From: Paracoccaceae bacterium
Lineage (GTDB): Bacteria; Pseudomonadota; Alphaproteobacteria; Rhodobacterales; Rhodobacteraceae
Assembly (NCBI GenBank): GCA_028875855.1
Contig: JAGWVA010000005.1
Span: forward strand, 27,535-91,534
DNA length: 64,000 nt
Direction: 5' to 3'
Positions within the stretch are counted from its first letter, which is position 1, and each line of letters starts with the position of its first letter. Positions 18,737-29,965 of this stretch are shown here, piece by piece. Both the position numbers and the translations under genes were made by a program. The notes beneath the pieces are model-generated. The model did not search any database. It was not told where the DNA came from and saw only the letters and a program-made list of their open reading frames with translations.

Positions 18737-19677
18737 CACCAGCCCCCCAATCCGTAGGGTCGCAGCGCCGCCTCGGCCAGAAGCGCGCCGAAGTGGAGGA
18801 AGAGATACATCAGCGAGAAGCGGAAGACCTTCTTTTCGACGGCGTAGTTGTCCGCCTCGGCCTGCACCTCGTCCCGCCGCCAGATGGCCCATGCGCCGCG
18901 CAGGAAACCGGCGTTCAGAACGACCGAGGTCGCAAGATAGATCGGCCCGCCGATCGAAGTGAATGCCGCGCCGATCGCCACGGGGGCCAGCAGGATCGTG
19001 TAGATCAGGATATGCGTCCGCGTCGCCTTGCGCCCGTGCGTCACGGTCAGCATCGGCACGCCGGCGTTGGAATAGTCGTCCTTCATGAACAGCGCGAGCG
19101 ACCAGAAGTGCGGCGGCGTCCACATGAAGATCAGGCCGAACATCAACACGCTCGCAAGGCCCACATGGCCCGTCGCCGCGACCCAGCCGATCATGGGCGG
19201 AAAGGCCCCGGCCGCGCCGCCGATCACGATGTTCTGGGGGGTCGAGCGCTTGAGCCACATCGAATAGACGACGGCATAGAAGAAGATCGTGAACGCCAGA
19301 AGGGCTGCGGCCAGCATGTTCGCGGCCAGCCCCAGCATGACCACCGACAGGCCCGACAGCGCCAGCCCGACGCCCAGCGCCTCGCCGGCGGCGACCCGCC
19401 CGGCCGGGACGGGGCGGCCCTTGGTCCGGCGCATCTTCGCGTCGATATCCGCGTCCCACCACATGTTCAGCGCCCCCGAGGCCCCGGCCCCGAGCGCGAT
19501 GAACAGGATGGAGGTAAAGGCGATGAAGGGGTTCATGTGGACCGGCGCCACCAGCAGCCCGACCATCGCGGTGAAGACCACGAGCGACATGACCCGCGGC
19601 TTCAGAAGCAGGACATAGTCGCCGAAGCCGGCTTCTCCGTCCTGCCCGCCGTGCTGATAGGTCTGCGTATCGCTCAT
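18736..19677 (-). CDS. ctaB: Protoheme IX farnesyltransferase (heme O synthase)
   Basis: UbiA-type prenyltransferase (NMWWDADIDAKMRRTKGRP). I chose the ATG at 19675-19677 (MSDTQ) because GAGGA lies 6 nt upstream. The track start is a GTG at 19704. Confidence 0.9.
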   Translation of the reverse strand: MSDTQTYQHGGQDGEAGFGDYVLLLKPRVMSLVVFTAMVGLLVAPVHMNPFIAFTSILFIALGAGASGALNMWWDADIDAKMRRTKGRPVPAGRVAAGEALGVGLALSGLSVVMLGLAANMLAAALLAFTIFFYAVVYSMWLKRSTPQNIVIGGAAGAFPPMIGWVAATGHVGLASVLMFGLIFMWTPPHFWSLALFMKDDYSNAGVPMLTVTHGRKATRTHILIYTILLAPVAIGAAFTSIGGPIYLATSVVLNAGFLRGAWAIWRRDEVQAEADNYAVEKKVFRFSLMYLFLHFGALLAEAALRPYGLGGW

Positions 19678-19730
19678 GTTGTCCTCATGCGCCGCGGGGG
19701 CCACGCCGGGCGCGGCCCCGACGCGTCAGA

Positions 19731-20666
19731 TTATTTCGATGCGACCTGCACCGGAGCCGAGCCGGTGGCGGCGTCGGCAAAGAGCTGCTTGGCCTTGCCA
19801 AGCCAGGCTTCGTAGTCCTTCTGGCTGACCACGCGCACCTCGATGGGCATGTAGGCGTGGTAGGTGCCGCAGAGTTCCGAGCACTGGCCGAAGTAGATGC
19901 CGGGCTTGTCGGCGCGGAACCAGGTCTTGGCCAGACGGCCGGGGACCGCGTCCATCATAACGCCGAAGGCCGGAACCTTCCACGAGTGGATCACGTCCGC
20001 ACCGGTGACCTCGACCACGACGGTCTTGCCGACGGGCACGACGACCGGGTTGTCCACGGCCAGCTTGAACTGGTCGGGCGTGTAGCCCGCGGCGGCCAGC
20101 TTCGCCTTCATCGCGGCGTTCATCACATAGGCCTTGGCGCCCGCCTTCTGATCGGCATCCGTCAGCGTCGCGGGGCTGCCCAGCATGTAGCTGTCAAAGC
20201 CAAACTTCGCGTTGGCGTCCATGTAGTCGTAGTGCCAATACCACTGGTTGCCCGTCGCCTTGATCGTGATGTCGGCCTTCGGAACCTGCTCTTCAAGGAA
20301 GAGCACCGGCAGCGAATAGGCGCCGATGATCACGAGGATCACGACCGGGATCAGCGTCCACGCGATCTCGAGCGGTGAATTGTGCGTGAACTTGGCCGGA
20401 GTGGGGTTGGCCTTCTTGTTGAACCGGAAGATGACATAGAGCAGCAAGAGCGACACGAAGACCACGATGGCGGCCATGATGTCGGTGATCATCCCTTCGA
20501 GGCCATGAATGTGCCGGGCGACGATCGTGCCGGCGGGCTGGAACCCGGTGGCCCCGTCAACCGGCTGACCGATGATCGGCGTGGCCGTCTGCGCCGAGGC
20601 CGCGACAGCCGATGCGATCAGGGCGATCCCGGCACCGAGTCCCGTTCTGATGGTAAGCTTGCGCAT
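19731..20666 (-). CDS. ctaC: Cytochrome c oxidase subunit II
   Basis: From the ATG at 20664-20666: MRKLTIRTGLGAGIALIASAVAASA. CuA site HSWKVPAFG...GQCSELCGTYHAYMP. Confidence 0.9.
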   Translation of the reverse strand: MRKLTIRTGLGAGIALIASAVAASAQTATPIIGQPVDGATGFQPAGTIVARHIHGLEGMITDIMAAIVVFVSLLLLYVIFRFNKKANPTPAKFTHNSPLEIAWTLIPVVILVIIGAYSLPVLFLEEQVPKADITIKATGNQWYWHYDYMDANAKFGFDSYMLGSPATLTDADQKAGAKAYVMNAAMKAKLAAAGYTPDQFKLAVDNPVVVPVGKTVVVEVTGADVIHSWKVPAFGVMMDAVPGRLAKTWFRADKPGIYFGQCSELCGTYHAYMPIEVRVVSQKDYEAWLGKAKQLFADAATGSAPVQVASK

Positions 20667-20843
20667 CTTCTCTTCCCGTTGCTCCGCGGCTTGAGGCCGC
20701 TCGTTCGGGTCCCCGGACGCTTGTCCGGACTCCCATTGTTTGCCGCCCCTGAAAAACCATATTACGGCGTAGCCGACAAGTGAAACCGTAGAGACACGGT
20801 GACGCTTGTTGATCCATATCAAGGACAAGAACGAGGTCACCCC

Positions 20844-22265
<1,422 letters not shown>

Positions 22266-22331
22266 CGGACGCGATTTACCGCGCGTTAACCCGACCGCGC
22301 CACCCTGCGACCCGGACAGGAGGCGCAGGCG

Positions 22332-23514
22332 ATGGCAGACGGACCGATTCTGAACGGCGCGCCCGGGCTGGCAGAGCCCGGGCAGCCCACGGCGGACGAG
22401 GCGATGGCCTGGCTGCGCCTGATCCGGTCGCGGCGGGTCGGGCCTGCCACATTCTGGCGGCTCATGACCGAACACGGCAGCGCCGGGGCCGCGCTGGCAG
22501 CACTGCCCGACATCGCGCAGGCGGCGGGCATCCCCGATTACGCCCCCTTCCCCGAGGCGCTGGCGGGCGGAGGCGGCCGCCGCCCGCCGGGCGGGGGCGC
22601 GGCTTCTCATGCGGGGAATGGACAGCTACCCCAAGTCCCTCGCCGACCTCGCGGATGCGCCGCCGCTTCTGTGGGCCATCGGTGATCCCGCGCTGATGGC
22701 GCGCCCGATGGTGGCGCTGGTCGGCGCGCGCAACGCCTCGAGCCTTGGAATGCGGATGGCCCGGCGGTTGGCCGCGGACCTGCGCGAGGCGGGCTATGTC
22801 GTCGTCTCGGGCCTTGCACGCGGCATCGACGCCGCTGCACATGACGCCGCGCTTCCCGGCGCGACGATCGCCGTGCAGGCCGGCGGGGTCGATCACATCT
22901 ACCCGCAGGAAAACGCCTCGCTCGCCACCCGCATCGCCGAGACCGGCTGCCGGCTGTCCGAACAGGCCATGGGCCTTGCACCGCAGGCCCGCCACTTCCC
23001 GCTGCGCAATCGCCTGATCTCGGGCCTCGCCCGCGCCGTGGTGGTGGTCGAAGCCGCCGCGCGCTCGGGCAGTCTGATCACCGCGCGCACCGCGCTCGAT
23101 CAGGGACGCGACGTCTTCGCCATTCCCGGCCATCCCTTCGACGCCCGCGCGGGCGGCTGCAACCAGTTGATCCGCGATGGCGCGACCCTGATCCGCAGCG
23201 CAGCCGACGTGATCGAGGCGCTTGGCCCCGCGAGTGCCGCGCCCCCTGCCCCGCCGGCCCATCCCGCACCGCCCGCGGCGGAACCGCCGACGGTCCCGAA
23301 AGCCATCGCCCCGGGCGCAGAGACGCCGCTGCGCCGGATCGCCGCGCTGCACCGCCAGATCCTCGACCGGCTCGGCCCAAGCCCGGTGGCCGAAGACCAA
23401 CTGATCCGCGACCTCTGCCTCGCGCCTTCCGAGGTCGCGCCGCATCTGACGACGCTGGAACTGGACGGGAAACTGCAACGTCAACCGGGGGGCCTGATCG
23501 CCCGGCTGACCTGA
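22332..23514 (+). pseudogene. dprA: DNA-processing protein DprA, split over two frames by an apparent 1-nt insertion near 22563-22569
   Basis: The N-terminal piece (22332..22685, SD GGAGG) reads AWLRLIRSRRVGPATFWRLMTEHGSAGAAL. The C-terminal piece (frame +1, track ORF 22609..23514) carries the DprA core YPKSLADLADAPPLLWAIGDP...GLARGIDAAAH...SGSLITA. The second frame already reads DprA-like AEAAAARRAGARLL upstream of its first ATG. Confidence 0.7.
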
Positions 23515-23641
23515 AAGGCCAGCAATCCGGGCGGCGGGATTTGCGCCATGCAATCCCGGCAATCCCCACCCTCCATTGACATTCCCCGGGCTTGCCCTCC
23601 ATCTTGCCGCGCCACCCAAAGGTGTGCCGCAAGAGGATTAC

Positions 23642-26239
23642 ATGCCAGTCGTCGTCGTCGAATCCCCGGCCAAAGCCAAGACAATCAACAAATATCTCGG
23701 TTCCGATTACACGGTTCTGGCGTCCTACGGCCATGTGCGCGACCTGCCGCCGAAGGATGGCTCGGTCGATCCCGACCACGATTTCGCAATGACCTGGGAA
23801 GTCGCCGCGGACAGCAAGAAGCATATCCGCGCGATCACCGAGGCGCTGAAAAGCGACAACACGCTGATCCTTGCCACCGACCCCGACCGCGAAGGGGAGG
23901 CGATCTCGTGGCACCTTCAAGAGGCGCTGTCGAAGGCGATCAAGAAGGACACGAAGGTGAGCCGCGTCACCTTCAACGCGATCACCAAGGCCGCCGTGAC
24001 CGAGGCGATGGGCAAGCCGCGCGAGGTGGACAGCGCGCTGGTCGAGGCCTACCTCGCCCGCCGCGCGCTGGACTATCTCGTGGGGTTCAACCTTTCGCCG
24101 GTGCTCTGGCGCAAGCTGCCGGGCGCGCGCTCGGCCGGGCGGGTGCAGTCGGTCTGCCTGCGCCTCATCGTCGAGCGCGAGATGGAGATCGAGGCCTTCC
24201 GCGCCCGCGAATACTGGACCGTGGCCGCCCTGCTCGCCACCCCGCGCGGGCAGGAATTCGAGGCCCGGCTGACCGTTCTCGGCGGCAAGAAGCTCGACCG
24301 CTACGACATTCCGACCGCCGAGGCCGCCGAGCTTGCGGTGCAGGCGATCTCGTCGCGCGCGCTCTCGGTGAAATCGGTCGAGGCAAAGCCCGCCACGCGC
24401 AATCCCTATGCGCCCTTCATGACCTCGACCCTCCAGCAGGAGGCCAGCCGCAAGTTCGGCATGGGCGCCAAGGCCTGCATGTCGGCGGCACAGCGGCTCT
24501 ATGAGGCGGGGCACATCACCTACATGCGGACCGACGGCATCGACATGGCCCCCGAAGCCGTGATGGCCGCCCGCGCCGAGATCGGCCGCCGCTTCGGGGC
24601 GCAATATGTCCCCGACAGCCCGCGGATGTACAAGAACAAGGCCAAGAACGCGCAAGAGGCGCACGAATGCATCCGGCCCACGGACATGTCCGCGGCCCCC
24701 GAGAAGCTGCGCATCGCCGATGCCGACCAGCGCCGCCTCTATGACCTGATCTGGAAGCGCACCATCGCCAGCCAGATGGCCGCCGCGCGCATGGAACGCA
24801 CCACGGTGGACATCGCCAGCGCCGATGGTCAGGTGGAACTGCGCGCGACCGGGCAGGTCGTGCTGTTCGACGGCTTCCTTGCCGTCTATGACGAGGGCCG
24901 CGACGACGACGAGGGCGACGATGGCGCCCGCCTGCCGCAGATCGCCAAGGGCGAGCCGACCGAAAAGCGCAAGGTCACGCCGGAGCAGCACTTCACCCAG
25001 CCGCCCCCCCGCTACACCGAGGCGACGCTGGTCAAGCGGATGGAAGAACTGGGGATCGGCCGTCCCTCGACCTATGCCTCGATCGTCACGACGATCCAGG
25101 ACCGCGAATATGTGCGCAAGGACAAGAACCGCCTGATCCCCGAGGACAAGGGGCGGCTGGTGACGGCGTTCCTGACGAACTACTTCCGCCGCTATGTCGA
25201 ATACGATTTCACCGCCGATCTCGAAGAGGAACTTGACGACATCTCGGCCGGCAGCCGCCCCTACAAGGAGGTGCTGGCCCGCTTCTGGCGCGACTTCTCC
25301 GCCGCGATTGCCGAGACGTCCGACCTGCGCATCAGCGAGGTTCTGGAAAAGATCGACGAGGTGCTGGCGCCCCATCTCTACCCGCCGCGGACGGACGGGT
25401 CCGATCCGCGCATCTGCCCGACCTGTCACAAGGGACGGCTGCACCTGAAGACCGCGCGCTCGGGCGGGGCCTTCATCGGCTGCGCCAATTACCCCGAATG
25501 CCGCTACACCCGCCCGCTGTCCTCGCCCAACGGCGAAGACGCTGCGATCGACGGCAAGGTGCTGGGCCAGGATGCTGCGGGCAATGACATCACGCTGCGC
25601 ACGGGCCGTTTCGGCCCCTACGTGCAGCGCGGCGAGGCGACGCAGGACAATCCCAAGCCCGACCGCGCCAGCCTGCCCAAGGGCTGGTCGCCCGAAAGCC
25701 TCACGCTGGACCGCGCGCTCGACCTTCTGTCCCTGCCCCGCCAGATCGGGAACCATCCCGAAGACGGCGCCCCGGTCGAGGCCGCGATCGGTCGCTTCGG
25801 GCCCTACGTGAAGCACAACACGACCTATGCGAACCTGCCCGACGTGGAAGAGGTCTTCACCATCGGCATGAACCGCGCGGTCGAGGTGCTTGCGGCCAAG
25901 CAAAGCCGGGGCGGCCGTCCCGCCGCTGCCGCGCCGCTGCGCGAGTTGGGCGCGCACCCGGACGGTGGCCCCGTGCAGGTCATGGCCGGGCGCTATGGGC
26001 CCTATGTCAAATGGGCGAAGGTCAACGCCACCCTGCCCAAGGACGTGGAGCCCGAGGCCGTGACGCTGGATCAGGCGCTTGAGCTGATCGCGGCCAAGGC
26101 GACCAAGGGCGGCAAGAAGAAGGCCGCCCCAAAGGCGGCCGCGAAGAGTGCGGCGAAACCGAAGGCGGCCGCGAAACCCAAGGCCGCCCCGAAGACCAAG
26201 GCTGCCCCGAAGGCCCGCGCGAAGAAGGCGGCCGAGTAG
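23642..26239 (+). CDS. topA: DNA topoisomerase I
   Basis: From the ATG at 23642: MPVVVVESPAKAKTINKYLG (TOPRIM), EITYMRTD-like HITYMRTDG, C-terminal Zn-ribbon CPTC...C..C repeats and a Lys/Ala-rich tail. Confidence 0.95.
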   Translation: MPVVVVESPAKAKTINKYLGSDYTVLASYGHVRDLPPKDGSVDPDHDFAMTWEVAADSKKHIRAITEALKSDNTLILATDPDREGEAISWHLQEALSKAIKKDTKVSRVTFNAITKAAVTEAMGKPREVDSALVEAYLARRALDYLVGFNLSPVLWRKLPGARSAGRVQSVCLRLIVEREMEIEAFRAREYWTVAALLATPRGQEFEARLTVLGGKKLDRYDIPTAEAAELAVQAISSRALSVKSVEAKPATRNPYAPFMTSTLQQEASRKFGMGAKACMSAAQRLYEAGHITYMRTDGIDMAPEAVMAARAEIGRRFGAQYVPDSPRMYKNKAKNAQEAHECIRPTDMSAAPEKLRIADADQRRLYDLIWKRTIASQMAAARMERTTVDIASADGQVELRATGQVVLFDGFLAVYDEGRDDDEGDDGARLPQIAKGEPTEKRKVTPEQHFTQPPPRYTEATLVKRMEELGIGRPSTYASIVTTIQDREYVRKDKNRLIPEDKGRLVTAFLTNYFRRYVEYDFTADLEEELDDISAGSRPYKEVLARFWRDFSAAIAETSDLRISEVLEKIDEVLAPHLYPPRTDGSDPRICPTCHKGRLHLKTARSGGAFIGCANYPECRYTRPLSSPNGEDAAIDGKVLGQDAAGNDITLRTGRFGPYVQRGEATQDNPKPDRASLPKGWSPESLTLDRALDLLSLPRQIGNHPEDGAPVEAAIGRFGPYVKHNTTYANLPDVEEVFTIGMNRAVEVLAAKQSRGGRPAAAAPLRELGAHPDGGPVQVMAGRYGPYVKWAKVNATLPKDVEPEAVTLDQALELIAAKATKGGKKKAAPKAAAKSAAKPKAAAKPKAAPKTKAAPKARAKKAAE

Positions 26240-26243
26240 GCGC

Positions 26244-26296
26244 GTCTTCATCTTGGCGCAAATATCCTCGGGGGTGTGGGGGCAGATAGCCCCAAC
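26244..26296 (+). repeat. Intergenic repeat, copy 2 (TTCATCTTGGCGCAAATATCCTCGGGGGTG plus a hairpin)
   Basis: Near-identical to copy 1 over the first ~32 nt. It is followed by TGGGGC-agata-GCCCCA, and lies just after the topA stop. Confidence 0.55.
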
Positions 26297-26385
26297 CCGG
26301 CAGCACATCCATTGCCGCGGCGCAGCGATTGACACCCCGCCCGCCCCGCGCCACAACTTCGCCCAGAGGATTCAGGGAGAGCTTC

Positions 26386-27081
26386 ATGAAAAAGGTCTAT
26401 CCAGACGCGGCGGCGGCGCTTGAGGGGCTGCTGTTCGACGGCATGACGATCGCGGCCGGGGGCTTCGGCCTTTGCGGCATTCCGGAACTTCTGATCGCGG
26501 CGATCCGCGACGCGGGCACGAAGAACCTGACCGTCGCCTCGAACAACGCGGGCGTGGACGAATTCGGTCTCGGGCTCTTGCTGCAAACCCGCCAGGTGCG
26601 GAAGATGATCTCGTCCTATGTGGGCGAGAATGCCGAGTTCATGCGTCAGTATCTGTCGGGCGAGCTGGAGCTGGAGTTCAATCCGCAGGGCACGCTGGCC
26701 GAACGGATGCGCGCGGGCGGCGCGGGCATTCCCGCCTTCTACACCAAGACCGGCGTGGGCACGGTGATCGCCGAGGGCAAGGAACACAAGGAGTTCGACG
26801 GCCAGACCTACATCCTTGAACGCGGGATCGTGGCCGATATCGCGATCGTGAAGGGCTGGCGCGCCGACACTTCGGGCAACGTCGTCTTCCGCAAGACCGC
26901 GCGCAACTTCAACGTGCCGGCCGCCACCTGCGGCAAGGTCTGCATCTGCGAGGTCGAGGAAATCGTGCCGCTGGGCACGCTCGATCCCGACAAGATCCAC
27001 CTGCCGGGCATCTACGTGCACCGCCTGATCCAGGGCGAGCACGAAAAGCGCATCGAGAACCGCACCGTTCAGGCGGCCTGA
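26386..27081 (+). CDS. scoA: 3-oxoacid CoA-transferase subunit A
   Basis: ATG at 26386 preceded by AGGGAG. MKKVY...[10 protein letters not shown]...SNNAG...ENAEF, typical of the ScoA/AtoD family. Confidence 0.9.
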   Translation: MKKVYPDAAAALEGLLFDGMTIAAGGFGLCGIPELLIAAIRDAGTKNLTVASNNAGVDEFGLGLLLQTRQVRKMISSYVGENAEFMRQYLSGELELEFNPQGTLAERMRAGGAGIPAFYTKTGVGTVIAEGKEHKEFDGQTYILERGIVADIAIVKGWRADTSGNVVFRKTARNFNVPAATCGKVCICEVEEIVPLGTLDPDKIHLPGIYVHRLIQGEHEKRIENRTVQAA

Positions 27082-27093
27082 GGAGGACAGATC

Positions 27094-27723
27094 ATGGCTT
27101 GGGACCGCAACCAGATGGCCGCGCGCGCGGCACGGGAACTTGAAGACGGCATGTATGTGAACCTCGGCATCGGGATTCCGACGCTGGTGTCGAACTACAT
27201 CCCCGAGGGCGTGAACGTCACGCTGCAATCGGAAAACGGGATGCTGGGCATGGGCCCCTTCCCGCTGGCCGGTCACGAGGATGCCGACCTCATCAACGCC
27301 GGCAAGCAGACCATCACGGAACTGCCGCAGACCGCCTATTTCGACAGCGCGCAGAGCTTTGCGATGATCCGCGGCGGCAAGATCGCGATGGCGATCCTTG
27401 GCGCGATGGAGGTCTCGCAAGAGGGCGATCTTGCGAACTGGATGATCCCCGGCAAGCTCGTGAAGGGCATGGGCGGGGCGATGGACCTTGTCGCCGGGGT
27501 GAAGCGGGTCGTGGTGGTGATGGACCACACCTCGAAGCACGGGGAATCGAAGCTTCTCAAGCAATGCACCCTGCCGCTGACCGGCAAGGCCGTGGTGGAC
27601 CGCATCATCACCAACCTCGGCGTGCTGGACGTGGTTCCGGGGGGCCTGAAGATCGTCGAGCTGGCCGAGGGCGTCAGCGACGCCGAGCTGCGCGGCGCGA
27701 CCGAGGCCACGATTGTCGGCTGA
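27094..27723 (+). CDS. scoB: 3-oxoacid CoA-transferase subunit B
   Basis: 209 aa. [10 protein letters not shown]...SENG...GAMDLV motifs, including the catalytic-Glu context SENGM. Confidence 0.9.
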   Translation: MAWDRNQMAARAARELEDGMYVNLGIGIPTLVSNYIPEGVNVTLQSENGMLGMGPFPLAGHEDADLINAGKQTITELPQTAYFDSAQSFAMIRGGKIAMAILGAMEVSQEGDLANWMIPGKLVKGMGGAMDLVAGVKRVVVVMDHTSKHGESKLLKQCTLPLTGKAVVDRIITNLGVLDVVPGGLKIVELAEGVSDAELRGATEATIVG

Positions 27724-28003
27724 GGACCCGATCGCCCGCGAGACGACGGGCTCGAAGGGGCGCTACGTGCTGCGGCGGGGCACGGAGGAGGCAGAGCTGA
27801 CCTTCTCCATCGCCTCGCCGACGCTCATCATCGCGGATCACACCAGCGTTCCCGACAGCTTTCGCGGCACGGGGGCCGGCCGGGCGCTGGTCGAGCGGCT
27901 GGTGGCGGATGCCCGGGCGGAGGGGGTGAAGATCGTTCCCCTCTGCCCCTTCGTGAATGCCACGCGGCTGCGTCACCCAGAATGGGCGGATGTGTTCGTC
28001 TAG
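27713..28003 (+). CDS. Small GNAT-like N-acetyltransferase (YjdJ type)
   Basis: 96 aa from a TTG start. [39 protein letters not shown] matches the single-domain GNAT-like family. Confidence 0.7.
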   Translation: MSAEDPIARETTGSKGRYVLRRGTEEAELTFSIASPTLIIADHTSVPDSFRGTGAGRALVERLVADARAEGVKIVPLCPFVNATRLRHPEWADVFV

Positions 28004-28881
28004 TTCGTCGCCGCGGCCACGGTCGTGGCCGTGCGGAACACGCAGCCGTCGCTGACAAGCTCGGGCGGGGTCAGGCACAGGCCCTGTGCCTCGCGCCAGG
28101 CGGCAAGCACCTTCGGCACGTAGTCCCGCGTCTCGGTCGTTGCCGGCACGCCGCCCGATGACAGCACGGCATTCTCGCCGGCATTGTAGGCGGCCAGCAC
28201 CATGAGCGGGTCGCCGTTGAACTGCCCCATGAGCCAATCGAGGTAATCGACCCCGCCCTGAATGTTCTGCGTCGGGTCGAAGGCATCCTTCACGTTGAAC
28301 CGCTTGGCCGTCCCGGGCATGAGCTGCATCAGCCCCTGCGCCCCGGTGCGGCTGACCGCCTTCGGGTTCCCCCCCGACTCGACCGCCATCACCGCCAGCG
28401 CAAAGGCGGGCGAGACCTGTTTCCCGATCGTCGCCTGAAGCAGCGTCTTGCCGTAGGTTGCGGCAAGGCGCTGCAGGCGCTTCAGGCGCGGGGCAGCCAC
28501 CACTTCCCCGTTCGGTCCCAGGGACAGGGCGGCAAGAGCGCGCGGGAACCGTCCCTCGGGGCGCGCCAGCCCCGGCGATACCGCGTCCCAGAACCACGGA
28601 TACCGAGCGCCCGACGGGGTTGCCTCCGGGGTGGGCGTCACGCCTGCCGTAGCGGGAGGCAGCGGTTTTGCCAGACTCACGGGAATCGGCGGCGGAGGCG
28701 CAATGCGCTTGGCCTGTTCGGCCGGATCGATCTGAACCGTGATCAGCCGCGTCTGACCCGGAGCCGGCGGCTTGACCATGTGAAAGGTGAAATTGCCCTG
28801 CCCGCCCCCAACCGATTCGGCGCGAGTCGGGCCGCACAGGGCGAGACAGACGACCAGAAGACCCGTCGAAAGCCCCTTCAT
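28000..28881 (-). CDS. Lytic transglycosylase (SLT domain) with signal peptide
   Basis: From the ATG at 28879-28881: MKGLSTGLLVVCLALCGPTRAES. SLT core AVMAVESGGNP...GAQGLMQLMPGTA...AAYNAGE. Confidence 0.8.
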   Translation of the reverse strand: MKGLSTGLLVVCLALCGPTRAESVGGGQGNFTFHMVKPPAPGQTRLITVQIDPAEQAKRIAPPPPIPVSLAKPLPPATAGVTPTPEATPSGARYPWFWDAVSPGLARPEGRFPRALAALSLGPNGEVVAAPRLKRLQRLAATYGKTLLQATIGKQVSPAFALAVMAVESGGNPKAVSRTGAQGLMQLMPGTAKRFNVKDAFDPTQNIQGGVDYLDWLMGQFNGDPLMVLAAYNAGENAVLSSGGVPATTETRDYVPKVLAAWREAQGLCLTPPELVSDGCVFRTATTVAAATN

Positions 28882-29244
28882 GCGATTCTCGGCCCCTTTT
28901 TCACCTTCACAGAACGTGTCTCGCAAAAACTCGGCGGTCTTTCCAATCCATCTTGCTCAACCGGTCCCCGAAGTTTTTTGCGCGCGCTTGTGGCCCGAAG
29001 CCGGGGATTTCGAAAGCAGCCCCGACGAAGTCGTTTAATAACAATCATTTAATAGAAATGAAGGCGTTTTGCGCCCAACAAAAGCAGTTAACTCTTCCCG
29101 AAAATGTACAGGGCCTGCCCAAGTCCAGCCACGATTCGGGGGCTAATTACCCACATGCCGAGGCGGAAACGATCCCGGAACAGAGGCCGGATCGACGCTC
29201 CTGGGCAGGAAACGAAGCTTGTGACAACCTGAAAGGGACATGAA

Positions 29245-29439
29245 ATGAAACTGTTTGCTCTCGTGAAGAAGTTCCGTGCCGACGAAGCTGGCGCTGTGAC
29301 CGTTGACTGGGTCGTGCTGACCGCCGCCGTGGTTGCCCTCGGCTTCGCTGCGATGAACACCGTGTCGGGTGGCATCTCGACCGCTGCCACCAGCATCTCG
29401 ACGGCCGTCAGCGGCGTGACCGTCAGCACCGGCCAATAA
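29245..29439 (+). CDS. Flp-family type IVc pilin (variant processing motif)
   Basis: 64 aa. MKLFALVKKFRADEAG|AVTVDWVVLTAAVVALGFAAM, that is, a short basic leader, a Gly, then a hydrophobic helix. It is the first gene of the tad locus and has GAAAGGGA upstream. Confidence 0.8.
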   Translation: MKLFALVKKFRADEAGAVTVDWVVLTAAVVALGFAAMNTVSGGISTAATSISTAVSGVTVSTGQ

Positions 29440-29600
29440 GGCGCACACTGCATAACGGGCGGCATGAAGATCGACCTTCTGGCCGCCCGCCAGAACAAGC
29501 CGTGCGCGCCAAGGTGCGCGCGGCTGGTTCGGCCAAGAGTTCTCGGACGGTCGGGGCGTTTTCCGGCTTGCCACAGTCTCCAGTTGGTAGAGTGCAACCC

Positions 29601-29810
29601 ATGACCGACAGTCGGCGATATCAGACTATCAGCCACTTCATCCGTGCAGAGGATGGGGCGGTGACTGTGGACTGGGTCGTTCTGACCGCCGCGGTCATCG
29701 GAATCGGCATGCTCTTCATCGTGCCCGTCATCACGAGCACGACCAGTGCTACGACGAAAGTCGGCGACTACATCGGCGCGACGAAGGTGACGCTCGGCCA
29801 ATCCAAATAG
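29601..29810 (+). CDS. Second Flp-family pilin paralog
   Basis: From the ATG at 29601: MTDSRRYQTISHFIRAEDG|AVTVDWVVLTAAVIGIGMLF. It shares the identical GAVTVDWVVLTAAV core with the first pilin. Confidence 0.7.
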   Translation: MTDSRRYQTISHFIRAEDGAVTVDWVVLTAAVIGIGMLFIVPVITSTTSATTKVGDYIGATKVTLGQSK

Positions 29811-29965
29811 GCCGGAATCTGGTCGTCCCCATGCGCTGCTCATACACCTGAGCCGCGCCAACTTATGCCACATTCGCGTGGTTTGCTTCTGAAACGCCCG
29901 GAACGACTCGTCACGAACGGCGGGTCACGCACGAGCAGGGGCGACTGTTTGGAAAGGAAATCCGG

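Noticed and set aside
22275-22300. GTTAACC half-site upstream of dprA, considered as a CtrA site
   Set aside because: Only one half-site is present, with no second TTAA at N7 spacing.
23078-26356. 1092-aa minus-strand ORF
   Set aside because: It is an exact antisense shadow of topA. The sequence is low-complexity and Arg/Gly-rich, whereas topA on the plus strand has all its family motifs.
29030-29110. AT-rich stretch upstream of the first flp gene with two TTAA motifs, considered as a CtrA box
   Set aside because: The spacing between the TTAA motifs is 10 nt, not 7, and the nearby GTTAAC is only a half-site. This is probably just the promoter region, with no specific site supportable by eye.
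29440-29600. GC stems between the two flp genes (CGGGCGGC...GCCGCCCG, and the GTGCGCGC direct repeat), considered as a pilin attenuator
   Set aside because: The stems are short or have an 18-nt loop and lack a U-tract, so they are not strong enough to call.
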